Positions 24,625 to 37,380 of a stretch of DNA of 64,000 bases are shown piece by piece (positions within the stretch are counted from its first letter, which is position 1; every line of letters starts with the position of its first letter). A program made the position numbers and the translations under genes. Below the pieces are notes generated by a model that worked only from the letters and a program-made list of their open reading frames with translations, did no database searches and was not told the origin of the DNA. The DNA is from Psammoneis japonica (Eukaryota): assembly GCA_008632985.1 (NCBI GenBank), contig QPGO01000023.1, positions 217,266 through 281,265 of the forward strand. The letters run 5' to 3'.

Positions 24625-25484
24625 TTAGTGTGGTTTTGTTGCGCGAAATCGTAAACGAACATAATCGGCCAGCCAGATTCCATTCTCGTCCACAAGCTGC
24701 GGCTCCAACGTCTTGACAATACTTTGTATGAGTTTTGGTATGTTTTCGTCCGGAACCGCTTCAAAGTAAGGATTAGCAAAGGTCTTCAGCCAGCCACTGG
24801 CATCTCCAGAGAGAGGAGTAGGACGGGGAATGAGTTCGATGCGCTCAACTTGAAAACCATTCTTTCCAATAACTCTTGATATTCTTGAGGAGAAGGAAAG
24901 TACCAAGGACTCTCAGAGACATGCAAGTTGTGATGGTTTAATTCTCGACGAATCGCCGTTTCAATTGTCGCAATGTTTCCAACGCCACCAAACTCTGCTA
25001 CGAATCGACCACCCGGTTTCAATGAATTATGCACCCCCTGCACCACTCTCTCGGGTCCTTGTTTCATCCAATGCAATGCTGCGTTCGAAAACACAGCATC
25101 AAATTCTTGAGCAAAAGATAATTCGTGTCCATTGATCACTCGAGCATCTAAATCATAATCCCTTTTGGCAGCTTGTATCATTTCTTTACTGGCATCGACT
25201 CCCACAACACTGCAGCCATAATCCTTTTGGAGTTTCACCGTCAGCGCACCATCACCGCAACCCAAATCCAATATAGACTCGTTCGGTTTTGGATCCAACC
25301 ATTGTACAACGGGGAGACCCAAATCGGCCACAAAACTAGCGTGCTCGACGTAATCAGACGGACTCCATTTCTGAGACATACTGCTGTGGCGAGTGAGAAA
25401 CGACCGAGACTGTTGTTGTTCTCGTTGGATGTTACTCAGCAAACCAAATGCAGCTACAGCTAAGGTTGGTATAGGAGGAACCAT
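24625..25484 (-). CDS. Class I SAM-dependent methyltransferase (Methyltransf_11/Tam-like); frameshift near 24865
   Basis: ILDLGCGDG, FDAVFSNAALHW, LKPGGRFVAEFGG, and WLADYVRLRF in the second frame. Confidence 0.88.
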
Positions 25485-25667
25485 TCGTCTCGCCTACACT
25501 ACGGCAATGCAGCTTGCGCTGATTTTTTGTGGCTTGTTGTGCCAACGCCGTCGTTCATTGCATGTTGTACAGTAGTCGGAACAGTCGGGAACGGCTCGAG
25601 CAGCAAAATCTCAGTCGTGGACAACTCCATCAGTCGTGGACTTGTACAGGAAAACCTACATATGTAC

Positions 25668-25675
25668 TGACGTCA
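25668..25675. promoter_or_regulatory. Perfect TGACGTCA (bZIP/aureochrome-type) site upstream of the methyltransferase
   Basis: Palindromic 8-mer ~185 bp upstream of the ATG at 25484; about one such site is expected by chance in 64 kb. Confidence 0.25.
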
Positions 25676-26131
25676 GGTCGCGATAATTCGCACGTCTGAC
25701 CATCTGAGTAGTGATCAAAGCTCACAAACAGCTACAGAACGCTCTCTCTAGAAGTAGTAGCTAGTAGAGAAGAGTAGCTACGGTAGAGTAGAGAGCTAGA
25801 GTAGTAGTAGCTCTGAGATCCTACTGAATCTCTTGTCCGAGCCTCCAGCATCTCCCTATGGAGAACGTCTTCGGTGATAAGTTCGAGCAATCCTCGTTTG
25901 CCTTTACCGGTGAACATTAGTTTTGGTGTTGATACATCTGCAATTCATAAGTAAATCTGTTTTAAAATGCAGAAAGGTTGGATGCAGTTTCATGAGACAG
26001 GCATTACACCTTCTATGTAAAAATGAATTTGAATATAGTTATAAGCAAAGTTTGTACCGTAAGCCGTAAGCCGTCAATCATAGACAGACTTCGTAGCGTC
26101 GCGTAGGTGCTGTCTCTCTTTGTCACTCTAG

Positions 26132-26908
26132 TTAGGGATGCACTAGAGGAACGTATCGAACATCCAATAGCTTGGTGATACGAAAGTCCTTGTCCTGGAA
26201 TCGCGGAGATTCAGCCTTGCGTTCTACCTTGTACAGTGCCTGAGCCCAATCGCCAACGGGGACCACAAGCACTCCACCGACTCTGAGCTGCATCATGAGG
26301 TTTGTCGGAAACGTGTCTGCCGCAGCTCCGACATGAATAGCATCGAATGGACTCTTGTCGGGCAAGCCCTCCCAACCATCCCCAACCGATACCTCTACGA
26401 TGTTGTTCGTAAACAAATCACCGTCTTGCTTTTGAATGTTTTCGCGTGTCATTTGCACCAAACTTGGATAAACATCAATGCCATAGACCTTTCCAGGCTT
26501 CCCCAAGATGGAGGTACCTGCCGTATTATCCACCAATCGACCAAGGGCTGCGGTTAGGTAGCCAGAACCACATCCAACATCTAGAATATTCACCGACTCG
26601 GCCTGGCTGTTCTTCAGATACGGAAACATTTCTTCCAGTGCATGTGCGTGCATGTGGGGCGCCGAAATGGTTTGGCCATGACCAATCGGCAGGGGCGCAT
26701 CAACATAGACGGAATCATCCTCGACCCAGTCGTCACCGGCATAATTCTTACGATCCACTCGTGACAGCACCGTCTTGACTTGTGGAATCGTCACAACGTT
26801 GGAACGCGCGAGTTTGTCAATGAGATCTTTTTGGTTGCGGCCTTGAGAGCGCATGAAAAACATAATGTTTGGGAGTAAAAAGAAGAATCCTCGCCTTGCA
26901 AGTAGCAT
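26132..26908 (-). CDS. PIMT: Protein-L-isoaspartate O-methyltransferase
   Basis: TISAPHMHAHALE, LDVGCGSGYLTA, PFDAIHVGAAA, VRYVPL. Confidence 0.95.
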   Translation of the reverse strand: MLLARRGFFFLLPNIMFFMRSQGRNQKDLIDKLARSNVVTIPQVKTVLSRVDRKNYAGDDWVEDDSVYVDAPLPIGHGQTISAPHMHAHALEEMFPYLKNSQAESVNILDVGCGSGYLTAALGRLVDNTAGTSILGKPGKVYGIDVYPSLVQMTRENIQKQDGDLFTNNIVEVSVGDGWEGLPDKSPFDAIHVGAAADTFPTNLMMQLRVGGVLVVPVGDWAQALYKVERKAESPRFQDKDFRITKLLDVRYVPLVHP

Positions 26909-27214
26909 AATGGTTTGTTGATGAAGCACACAAGTGTGATTGACTTATTGTGATTGACGCCGCATGCCCTCTGCCTGATGCGGTCGGTGTCAAAGGGTTC
27001 GCAAAATAAAAATTGAAAAAGTGGAGCGAAAAACGCGCGAAAATAAAATGGCTGCGGTGCTTCGTGCTTCGTGTCCGGTTCTAGATGGTGTACTTCTAAA
27101 TAATGGTAGAAGTAGAAGAGACAATGGTATAGTACGACGAAACGAGGGGATGCAACTCTACGGAGAGAGCTAGGTTGGAAAGTAGTGCAATTTGAAAAGG
27201 AAGGCAAGGTGGAG

Positions 27215-28264
27215 TTACCGACAATCACAACTCTGAAATTTAATCTTCAATTTCCGGCAAATTTCTCGGAGTTTCTTTGCTCCTTTCTTTTTCTTTGATG
27301 TTCGTTCCCATTCAATACCCAGTAGCTCACATATTGTTTGGCACTTTTCTGAAGAATCGTAAAAGAACAGTTGATCTTTCCAGTTCGACACGTTGTCTAT
27401 TTGTAGATCCGGTGGCAAGGACACGACGTCATTTTGTTCTTGCGTCCTTCTCACCAACCTTTCATGAATAATAAAATTCATCTTTCTTAACCTATTCAGT
27501 CGTCTCGCCATTGACAGCTTGGCGGTGGTACATTTCTTGACTTCAATACCGAGTTCCCGGCAGTAATGCTTGAGGTGGTTGCCATGATGCTCCATGATTG
27601 CTTCCTCTTCGGCCGTGACAGTCGCTTTCTTTTTCAATAATTTTCGAATCATTTTATGTAGTGAAGTTCGTGCCGTCTGCACACTGTAGACTTTGCACAG
27701 AGCACGAATTTCTTCGAGAGTGTGAGAATCATAAAAATCTTTTTCTTCCGGTCTCATGTGGAGCTTTGCTTTGAAATCTTTGAAACGCTTTCGGTCGGCT
27801 TTTCGCTGGACGTTGCGCTCGTTAATCATTTTATTGATCAGTTTGGCTTTGTTGAATGATGACGTCTCCAAGTTAGATTGGATAAAGTCCTCAATCCTGT
27901 TGCGCTCGTTACTGATCTCATGCCGACGGCACATTTCAATCAGCTCTCGTACGCTCAGCCGCTGCAAATCTTTCTTTCCTGTGTGCCAGATCCAACTGTC
28001 CTCGTCCACAGAAAGGGTGCCATCACTGGAATTCATAGGTTCTTTTTCGTGGTGTGGTGCGGTCTCGGACAATGCTGAAGATGACGACGCCGAATACATC
28101 CGATTTGAGGTAGTGAAACACTGCGCGACGTACTGTACGTGATTGCCTTCACGCTGATTGCTTCTGCACGGAAAGGACGATACAAGTCGACTCCAGTCAC
28201 TCAACTTAGACCATCTTGCCCTTTTGACACAAAAAATGGAAGCAGAAGTAAGATTACGGATCAT
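27215..28264 (-). CDS. Basic hypothetical protein with repeated SAP/HeH-like motifs; mitochondrial-like presequence; 3' end uncertain
   Basis: 349-aa ORF with LSVRELIEMCRRHEI, HTLEEIRALCKVYSV, LKHYCRELGI, QTICELLGI, LREICRKLKI. Confidence 0.6.
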   Translation of the reverse strand: MIRNLTSASIFCVKRARWSKLSDWSRLVSSFPCRSNQREGNHVQYVAQCFTTSNRMYSASSSSALSETAPHHEKEPMNSSDGTLSVDEDSWIWHTGKKDLQRLSVRELIEMCRRHEISNERNRIEDFIQSNLETSSFNKAKLINKMINERNVQRKADRKRFKDFKAKLHMRPEEKDFYDSHTLEEIRALCKVYSVQTARTSLHKMIRKLLKKKATVTAEEEAIMEHHGNHLKHYCRELGIEVKKCTTAKLSMARRLNRLRKMNFIIHERLVRRTQEQNDVVSLPPDLQIDNVSNWKDQLFFYDSSEKCQTICELLGIEWERTSKKKKGAKKLREICRKLKIKFQSCDCR

Positions 28265-28624
28265 GATGACGCTACCGGTGTTTCACTGGTTGCTGGCGAT
28301 GGGCCTATCGAAGCCAGAATTTGGAAACTTGAAAACTCCCTCCAACGTCTGGCCCTGCACCACTTTTAATTGAAAACTTCCCAGCGACCGACTATCCGCC
28401 GCCGTTGGAAAAAGAGAATTCATAAGACGAACAAACGCTCGAGAGTTTCTGCCGCAAAAGTATCGGAGAAGCGTCGCCATGATCGATATGATAATGGGCC
28501 GCTCTTCTCTCTCTCTCTATAGAGCTATAGCTCTGATAATGGTTGATAAAGCCGAAAATTGAACGTCTCCTCGGCAGCATTAATTGAAGGAGGTCTCCAT
28601 CGAAATCCACATGCGGGAAAAGTC

Positions 28625-31600
28625 ATGAACAAGCTGGATTTCTCTGTTGCACGAATTCATGGCAGAACTGAGGAGCTGGCAATTCTGAAAGATGCCTATC
28701 ACCGTGCTTGCGATGAAGAGACGGAGTCACCTGAGATTGCCCTCGTTCATGGCGTTGCAGGGACTGGGAAAACAGCACTGATACAAGAGCTCAAAGCATG
28801 GATAGAACTGGAAAGCGGGGGTAAAGGTGCATACTTTTGTTCTGGAAAATTCAGTGAACGGGAAAGGAGTAAGCCATACTCGGCTTTGGCGGAAGCGTTG
28901 ACCGAGTTATGTGATCAGATAGTTTCATCAAATGATACGGACAAAGTCGCAGCTATTCTAAAAGAGAACGTCGGCTCCAAATCGAAAGTTTTGCTCAACA
29001 TTATCCCCCGCCTGTCCAACGTTATTGGATGCGGCAGCTCTGAAAAGGGCGGAGACGATTCTACCGAGCATGGAGGAACAACAGTGACAGCCTTGAATCA
29101 GCTAAAGTTCGTCTTCAGAGCATTCGTTCGTGCTGTGTGCAGAACAGCTAACCATCCGTTAGTAATAGTGCTGGATGATCTGCAGTGGTCTGACTTGGCC
29201 TCGTTGGAGTTGTTGAAGTCGACGATTGGTGACTCGAAAACGACCAACTTGCTCTTGATTGGAGCGTATCGAGACAGTGACATAGACGATGACCACCCAT
29301 TTATGCGCCACGTGCGGGAGATTGAAACGAAAAGGAAAATTGTTGAGATTTCGGTTTCGAATCTTGCAACAGGGAGTGTCAATGAAGTGATCTCTGACGT
29401 TACACAGTGCAAACCGAGCGAAACACAATCACTTGCTCAAGTTGTACACAGTCGGACGAATGGTAATCCTTTCTTTGTCCTGCACTTTCTACGAACGCTT
29501 GAAGATAAGAAGCTCCTTTGGTTCTCGATGAAAACTTACAAATGGGAATGGGATACGGAAACTATCGTTGCAGAAACAAGTCTGACAGAGAATGTTGTTA
29601 GTCTTGTTGCTTCAAAAATTGAACGACTTCCTTTCAAAACCGCGATTGCCTTGAGAGCAGCATCGTGCGTCTGGTCGACCTTCGATGCGGACCTGTTAAG
29701 ACAAGTCATGATTTTCTGTCGAGATAACTACCTTGCGTTGGGCAAGCAATGCTACGACATGTTTACGGACGATGACGTCGTCGATGATCTTTTGGATGTG
29801 GCTGTCGACGAAGGGCTACTTGACAAAATCGATAGGAAACGATACAAGTTCTCACACGACCGCATTCAACAAATTGTCTACGCGCTTATCCCGTCGGGAG
29901 GACAAGAGCAGGACGTGTTGCATTATTGGATCGGTAAATTCTTATTGCAAATGACGCAGTCACCTGAAAGGAAAGAATGGATGTTCTTTGCCTCGGCGGA
30001 CCAGCTGAATCGCGGATCTAGTTGTATCACCGAGGAGAACGAACGAGTTGATTTAGCAAAGCTGAATTTGCTTGTAGGAATGAAGTCTGTTGATCTGTCG
30101 GCATTTGTCCCAGCCGCAGCATTTCTGCAGAAAGGTATTGATTTGTTGTCAGGTGAAACATGCTGGATTGAACAATACGACCTTTGCTTGGATCTCCACA
30201 ACACGCTATGTGAGGTGAAGAACTGCATGGGCGACTTCCACGGAGTGAGGGGAGTATCTGAAACCGTAATTGCAAATGGCCGCTGTTTCGAGGACAAGCT
30301 CAAAGTTTACTATACCCTTTGCACCTCACACCTTTCAGTAGGAGACGAAAGGCTGTTTCGTAAGGTGTGCAGCCACGTCCTTTCTTGTCTTGGTGAGCCG
30401 CTCCCAAAACGGGACAATAAGGCAATCCTAATTCTAGAGCATCTGAGACTGAGAAGAATGCTACACGGCAAGAGTGATGAAGACCTTCTTTCGCTCCCCA
30501 TCATGAAGGACAGTCGAAAGAAGAGTGTCATGCAGTTCTGTTATTTGGCGCACCACGGGACGTTGCGCCAGACATCTTTTGCAGCGATGAAGTCGATGGA
30601 AATAACTCTACGCTTTGGTCTCTGTAACCTGTCGGCGATGGCGTATGCAAATTTCGGTGGTATTATGGTGGCCAGGGGGATATAAATGAAGGGTTTCGCC
30701 TTGGCAAACTAGCACTCAAACTCTCAGAGAAGCTCAGTGATGAGAGTGTGCGCGCAAGCGTTACAGGGATTGTGTACGTTTACTTGAACCACTGGAAGGA
30801 ACCGCTTCAGCAAGGTCTGGACCCAATAATGCAATCGCACACTGTGAAATGCTCAATGGACATATCACTGAGGCATTCCAATGCATACTGGCTTATCAGT
30901 CATGCTACTTCTACAGTGGCTTGCCTCTTGAACCAGCAGTGGAAGATTTGCTAGCTTTTTCTTCACAGATGTTGGAGTACAATCAGAATATGATCCGTAG
31001 ATTCCAGTTGCCCGTCCTACAGACTATGTTGAATTTAATGGGTCGCTCAAAAGACGTACTCAAGCTGACAGGAGAGGCAATGGATCAAGATTTCTTTGAA
31101 AACCCAGAAACGAATCCGGACGAGCACAATCTACAAGCCATCTCATCTTGCCGGCTACAGCTTGCGTATTACTTTGGTGACTATCAATTGGCCTCAGAGA
31201 TGGCAACGAAGCTTGAGAAAACACCGAAATTAGAAGTCTACCCTGCCAGCTATCTCATTTGTGCCAGGAAAATGTTTCTTTGTCTCGTCAGAGTGGCGGC
31301 TGCACGAAGAAACAAGAAAAGAAGAGACGCAGCTAAGGCACGTAAGATCATAAGTGAAGTCGAGAGCATATGGGTCAAGCGCGGCGCTGTCAACTGCGTG
31401 CATAAGTTACAAATAATGCAGGCGGAATATGCGTCAATCATGCAGAAAGATCCGGATCAAGTGAGCAAGGCCTATGACATGGCAATAGCTTCGTCACGAA
31501 GAGCTGGTTTCATCCAGGATGAGGCTTTGGCTAACGAACGAGCCGGGTTGTTTTTCCTGGAAAGTAGCGACGACAATTGGGCTTCGTGGTATTTGTCTCG

Positions 31601-31796
31601 GGCGTGCAAACTCTACGGAGAATGGGGCGCACAAGCTAAGGTAGACCAACTTGAGCAGCGCTACGGCACCTTGATGTCACAACAGGAAGAACAATTTGCG
31701 TCACACCTACGCGGTCGCTCGCGTTTCACAGAGAACCATGCTAGTCTTCACAAGGCTCTTCCTGCAAACCAGCTTTTTGATGCTGATGATGTCTAG
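28625..31796 (+). CDS. AAA_16/STAND-type ATPase with TPR-like region (like the ATPase module of multi-sensor kinases, no kinase domains); two frameshifts
   Basis: IHGRTEE, Walker A GVAGTGKT, VLDDLQWSD, TNGNPFF, FSHDRIQQ, QDEALANERAG, WGAQAKV. Frame breaks at ~30680 and ~30848. Confidence 0.88.
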
Positions 31797-31909
31797 TTGG
31801 ATGGTTGCTTCTAATTGTGTGTTGTTTTGCTTGCAAACAGCCCGTTCATTCGCTCTACGAAAGCTGCCATCAACAGGGGGACGCGATCAAGGCGCGAGCT
31901 AACAAAGCG

Positions 31910-33604
31910 TCTGTCACTGGCTGCATGACACATGTCTTTTGTATTTTCTTGATGGCAATGTGAAGGTGTCGCATTGGCACTTGCAGCTTTTTGGCTGTAC
32001 CCCTGGTGTCAGTCCATTCAGCAGTCCTTTTTTTTGATAGATCCACCTTAGCATGTCCATGGTGTAATTTAACTGAAACTGTCCAAGGAGTTGATCACTT
32101 TCTTGACCGCACGCGGCGGTTTGGCACGGAAATGGGTGAGAGGGGTGATTTTGTTTTTGTTCAACCATGACGTGGTGGTTCTGACATTGATGCAACATGA
32201 CAGCCAGCAAACTCGCTTCTTGCATCTGTGCTGAATGCTTACAAATGTCCAACACCAGAGTGGTTGAGCCAACCAGCACACTTTAGAGTGCAGTGCGTTG
32301 TGCAACCAAAAACCTTTGGGATGATGATGTGCTCCACTGCAGCTGTGACTTTTGTCGCAAAATTGCTTCCCTGTTGTCAGACTTCCATCATGACCCTGCC
32401 AGGTGAGAAGAGCTGGGCAGCTTCATTCACAAGCCCTTCAAACCACATTCCCCAAGGAGCAGCATGCCTCTCCAAGTTTGCCTCACAAGCAGTGCCAAGC
32501 ATGCTTTGTTCTTCAAGTTGCTCCCTTGAGATCATTGTTTTTGTTGCTGCAAATCAAGTCCTGGAGGGTCTCATCAAGTTTGCCAAAGTGAGAAAAACTC
32601 CACGACAAAGGAGTCTGCTCTTTGAGCTTTGCTCAGTGCTGGCATCAACCCTCTCATCAGCCATCCTTGTCTGTTGCATGTTGTTGCTGCGCACAGCACT
32701 GCAGGGCACTCAAGAAGCAGATTTCCCGAAATTCCCAAAATGAAAGTGCTGGCAAAATTTTTGGCCCCTCCAAGCAAGCACACATGTGGCCAGCAATGAT
32801 TCTCGATGTTCATCTCATTGCAAGGAGAATGGCATCAGCTGTCAAGCCACTTTTGACCTTTGTCGAGTTTGCAAAGCAGTGCATGCATCAAAACAAGCAA
32901 TGGCTGCACAGGCTCCCACCAAACATGTCTGCCTTTGCTTTTTTCCTCCAACAGCCAGTCACAAAGTGGTGGTTGATGATTTCATGCTCAGCACAAGAAG
33001 CCAGCCTCAAAGGACACATTTGCAACAACTCCCTGGTGCACCTGACTTTGATGCTGCAATGGCAGCAGATGCAGCCACTTGTTGAAAATCAGTGCTGCAA
33101 GTTTGGCAGATCCAGCACCTCATTTGTGTCAAGACATCACCAGTGCTTTCCCAAGTTCACAGGTCACAAAGTTGCTGCAACAGTGGCAGCCCTGAACGAC
33201 AGCTGAGAGAGGGAGAGGCCACTCTGCCAGCAAGTGCTTGTTTTTTCATTTCATTCACAACCTGTGTGCACAGCCACTGCTTTGACAATTGACACATGAT
33301 CCAAACCAGCACACATCATGCCCACCCTGTGTCAAGCAAAAAAGCAGAAACTGGCAGGACCAGGGTCCACATGGGCATCACAAGATGTGGGAACCTCCTT
33401 TTTTTTGTTGATCTCCTTCCTCATGAGTCGCACATGGGGTTGTCAACATCTGTGGATGAACTGCCGCGCACTCAAGTGCCATGCAAATGACAGACAATGC
33501 CAGAGTTGACCAGGGTTTTCATGAGCAAACTTTGGCAGGGCCCTGCAGTGCAGAACCCCTTTGTTCTGTGCTGACATCTCCCCGCCATCATGTGTCCACA
33601 CACA

Positions 33605-33642
<38 letters not shown>

Positions 33643-34115
33643 CTGTCATGCAGGCCATGCAAGAAGCACAGATGGCCCAAGCAAGTGGCACATTTTTTCC
33701 ATTGATTCTGTGTTTTGGCAGATGCACCCACACAAGTGTCCAGAGACACAAGCGATGTGGCAGGAGTCCACGCCACTCTTGTTCTGTCGACGTCTTTTTT
33801 TTTGTGGGTGCGACACAACAAGCTGTCATTTGCAAGCTTCTTGCCTCTTTTCATGACATCATTTAATTGTCGCACATGTGAAAAATGAAGCAAGAGAGGG
33901 AGAACTTGGCATTTGGCATTTGAGATTTTTTGCAGTGTCACCTTTTTTTGCAGTGCGCATGCTGCTGCAAAAGTGCTCAAGCAAGGTGGGTTTTTCAAGA
34001 AGAGCTCATGTTGTTGCTGGTGTGTCGAAACATCAGGTGTGACTGACCAAAGGTCAAATTTGCTGAGAATGACAGTGCTTTGGCAATCATCAGTTCTCAG
34101 TGCATCAAAGGAAAC
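31910..34115. other. CpG- and TpA-depleted decayed island 2
   Basis: TG/CA-saturated sequence between two ordinary genes; no family motif recognised. Confidence 0.8.
33609..33641. repeat. (GA)n microsatellite
   Basis: About 16 uninterrupted GA units. Confidence 0.95.
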
Positions 34116-34479
34116 TCTAAGTTGTAAAAGCGGACAGGAAAGGCGCCAGGGCGCAGGCCAACGAAAGTCGAAAGTGCCCCTGCAGTGTGACCGTCGAACG
34201 TACTGTCTGACAAAACTACGTGCTGCTGACACCGCGCTGCCGCGCGTGCGACTGCTGATAACCTACGTCTTCTCAATGAACCGACGCCGCGGCGCGGCGC
34301 CATGATGCAGTATCTTGGCTTCCCGCCGCATATCCCTGATCGATTCGCTTCTGCTCATTTGTCAGGGCGTTACGTATCGAAGTGTCATCGTGCTATGTAC
34401 GTTGAGTGTCTTGTAACTTTGAAAGTTTGAAAAGCTCTAGAAAGAAAGGTTCACACATTTTCCGCGACACATCCCCGCC

Positions 34480-35556
34480 ATGCGAATGAGGCTGTTTGTT
34501 CCGCATCCAACGACGACTTTAGCAGCACTTTGTTTCAGCAGATCTCATTACGTCCGACCGTTCACAACATCCGTTATTACGAGTAGAATCTCGAGATTCA
34601 CAATGGAAGCTGATACGAATGTTCCAACGGTTTCAGCCATGTCTGCCGGTGGAATTCAACGTGCTACTTTTTCAACACGTCTCAGTGGTGCTGCGACGGA
34701 AGAAGAGAAGAACAACGAGAAAGATAGACCCTCCAGCGATGACAAGAACAAGGAAAAGAGAGGAAAGAAGCGAATAAATCGACCGGGGATGAATTCATAT
34801 CTCAAGGTGGTACTCGATGATGACACATTGGGTGATCTCCACGGGCATGCGATTCAACTGCAACAACTGGTGAAAGAAACATTTGCGCAAGAACAGGAAA
34901 CAGAAGAGTGCAATGACGAAGACTCGAAGAAGAAACCAAAGAAAAAGCTGGCCTTTCGACCGAGATCTCGTGCGTCTCTTCATCTGACTCTTTTCTTTGC
35001 TGGCGAAGAGTTGTGTGAGCTCCCACGGGACGAGCTCACAGAATGGTATTCAGCTATATCGACTCGTCTTGGAGCGTCAAACTTTGCAGTACAGACTGCA
35101 TCATCTGATTTCGTTGGCCTCATCAATGACATTACCGACAACGATAAACACGATTTTCAACTCAAAGTGCGTGGGTTGTCCTTGTTTCCTCCGCGGAAAA
35201 ACTACTTGGTTGTTGCTCTGTTGGATGCAGATGAACCATGGCAAGCGCTGTACAACGATTTGAGAAAGATCGCTCTGGATGGTAATTCAAAGTTGCTGGC
35301 CTCCCTAGTCAAGAGGAGTGGCACCACCTGGATTCCGCACATTACACTTGGAAACTTGTATGGCGGAACCAAGGACGATGTGAGAGCCTTGGCTGACATG
35401 CTTGAGACGTTTTCTGCATCGACCATCGCAAGTGTGGCAAAGATAAAGATGATTTCAATGGGAGGTCCCATCCCAACGCAAGCTGGTACTCTTGATTGGG
35501 ACTTTCACCATCATGCTTGCGACTTGTACGAGCGAAAGGCTAAGAGTGTAGAATAG
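34480..35556 (+). CDS. 2H phosphoesterase (LigT/2'-5' RNA ligase-like)
   Basis: Two HxT motifs: SLHLTLFFAG and WIPHITLG. Confidence 0.85.
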   Translation: MRMRLFVPHPTTTLAALCFSRSHYVRPFTTSVITSRISRFTMEADTNVPTVSAMSAGGIQRATFSTRLSGAATEEEKNNEKDRPSSDDKNKEKRGKKRINRPGMNSYLKVVLDDDTLGDLHGHAIQLQQLVKETFAQEQETEECNDEDSKKKPKKKLAFRPRSRASLHLTLFFAGEELCELPRDELTEWYSAISTRLGASNFAVQTASSDFVGLINDITDNDKHDFQLKVRGLSLFPPRKNYLVVALLDADEPWQALYNDLRKIALDGNSKLLASLVKRSGTTWIPHITLGNLYGGTKDDVRALADMLETFSASTIASVAKIKMISMGGPIPTQAGTLDWDFHHHACDLYERKAKSVE

Positions 35557-36419
35557 TAATACCGGAACCACCACAGGAGACAAGGAGAAAAGTAACGAAC
35601 ATTCAGCGGTCTCGCCACGTGATGGAGAATGGCTGTATAGGTCGTTTAAACTCGGAATGTATCGAGAGTCCGTGTTCGAATTGATGGCAGAAGTGAAGCG
35701 CACTCTATTCTCTAGGTGATAAGTACGATGCAGCTTGCAATATCTAGAGAGAGCCCGAGTACTGTAGCGGCAATCGAGCTCCTTCATGGCTGATCAAAGA
35801 TTTGAAAAATGAAATGATACGACATCTTAGGATGTGGCCAGAATTGCAAAGAGTAGTGAGGGTTCATACGTTTAGAGAGGAATGTACCGTAGAAAGGTAA
35901 TTTATCTCATTACGTGCGATTGACTGCCGTCGCTTTCGAAAGCTTGTCAGGAAGCGAAGAACCAAAACCCACACCAGAAAGGGGAAAATGACATTATGAT
36001 TTCAAGAACGATGGAAGACAAGTCCGTGGAAGAAAACTGATAAGAAATTCAACTGCTCCTCCGACAACCGACAACACAGCCTGTCATGCTTGTGTCCTGA
36101 CACCCCAACAGCTCTCTGAACTTCTCAGACACTGATTGCACATTAGAGAGATCCAAGTGGGGGGTGCGACCGAAATTGTAGTGTCATTTGTCGTCGCCGG
36201 GGGGAGCTGGCTCAGGCGATAACAGGCGCTGGCAAACGAACAAGCCAGTCTACAGGATGTGGGAGGGTAGTGATCAATGCATGTTTGCCTCGTGCCTTCA
36301 AACTCTTACCAGGGGTGGGTGGTGGTAGTTGCAATAGCATTCGAGAATACGACTTGTCGCATCCGCCGCCTCGATATTGTGGAGACAATGGTGTTTATCA
36401 AAGTTATCTTAGGTCTGTT

Positions 36420-37380
36420 TCATTCGTCCCCAAACAGAGTCTTGTCCAGAAAACTCGCCAATGCCGCAATTTCGTCAGGATCTGAAGCGTGACCCATCGG
36501 ATAGTCTGACGCTTCCACGTCCACTCCATTGTCAAGTAGTTTCTGGACACCAAACCCTTGCTGTTCGAACAATACCTTATCGTCGTACCTTCCATGTGCC
36601 TTGATAGAGATGAAGTGACGAAATAGAATGTAAGAGGCAGGATCGGAACGACGCGAAGAGAATGAAAACACACTAACGGACGCCTCACCCAGAAAAGAGG
36701 AGTCGACTTTGCTACTTCAGGCACTTTGAGATCAGTTGTGAGCGTTAACCAGGCGCTAAGAGCAGCACATCCAGCATAAGGTCTTTCGTTGTTTGCCGAT
36801 TGGTGATAGGCGGCAAGCAACGCAATTGCTCCTCCTTGAGAGAAACCGCCCACAACAATCCGACTCCTATCAATTCCGTCCTCTTCCAGTTTTTGAACTG
36901 CTACTTCAATTTGCGCCACCGCCCTTAGTTTTCCCTCTTTGTCATCTTTTGATCCGACTCCAATAGGCCAAGCAGTGAGATCGAACCATCCCGGCATTTG
37001 CATGCCCCCATTGATTGTTATCGGAATGGTTGGTGCTGGAGGAAAGACATACTTCAATTCACCGAGTCGGGGTTTCATGGAGGGAAGCATTTGTTCCAAG
37101 GACGACCAACCAGCTGGTGTGTCACCGAGGCCGTGCAAAAAGACGAGAGCTGCGGGACCTGATGAATTGAATAGATAAATAAAGTATACCCTGGTAAGCA
37201 AGAGTGTGTGTAAAACAAAGCAAAACTACTGTATCGTCCGCCGACAATGGCGCACTGACACAAATCAAAAAGCAAGAACTTACCGCAGGTTTTCTGTGTG
37301 CTGGACATGGCTCGAACAATCAACTGCTGACTTGTACCAAACATGAACAGAAGGTAAACAATTGCAGTACGCATTGGCAT
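36420..37380 (-). CDS. Acyl-protein thioesterase/lysophospholipase (APT1-like)
   Basis: FLHGLGDT, MPGWFD, GGFSQGG, HGRYD, YPMGH. Introns 37283-37159 and 36688-36600 restore the frame. Confidence 0.92.
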
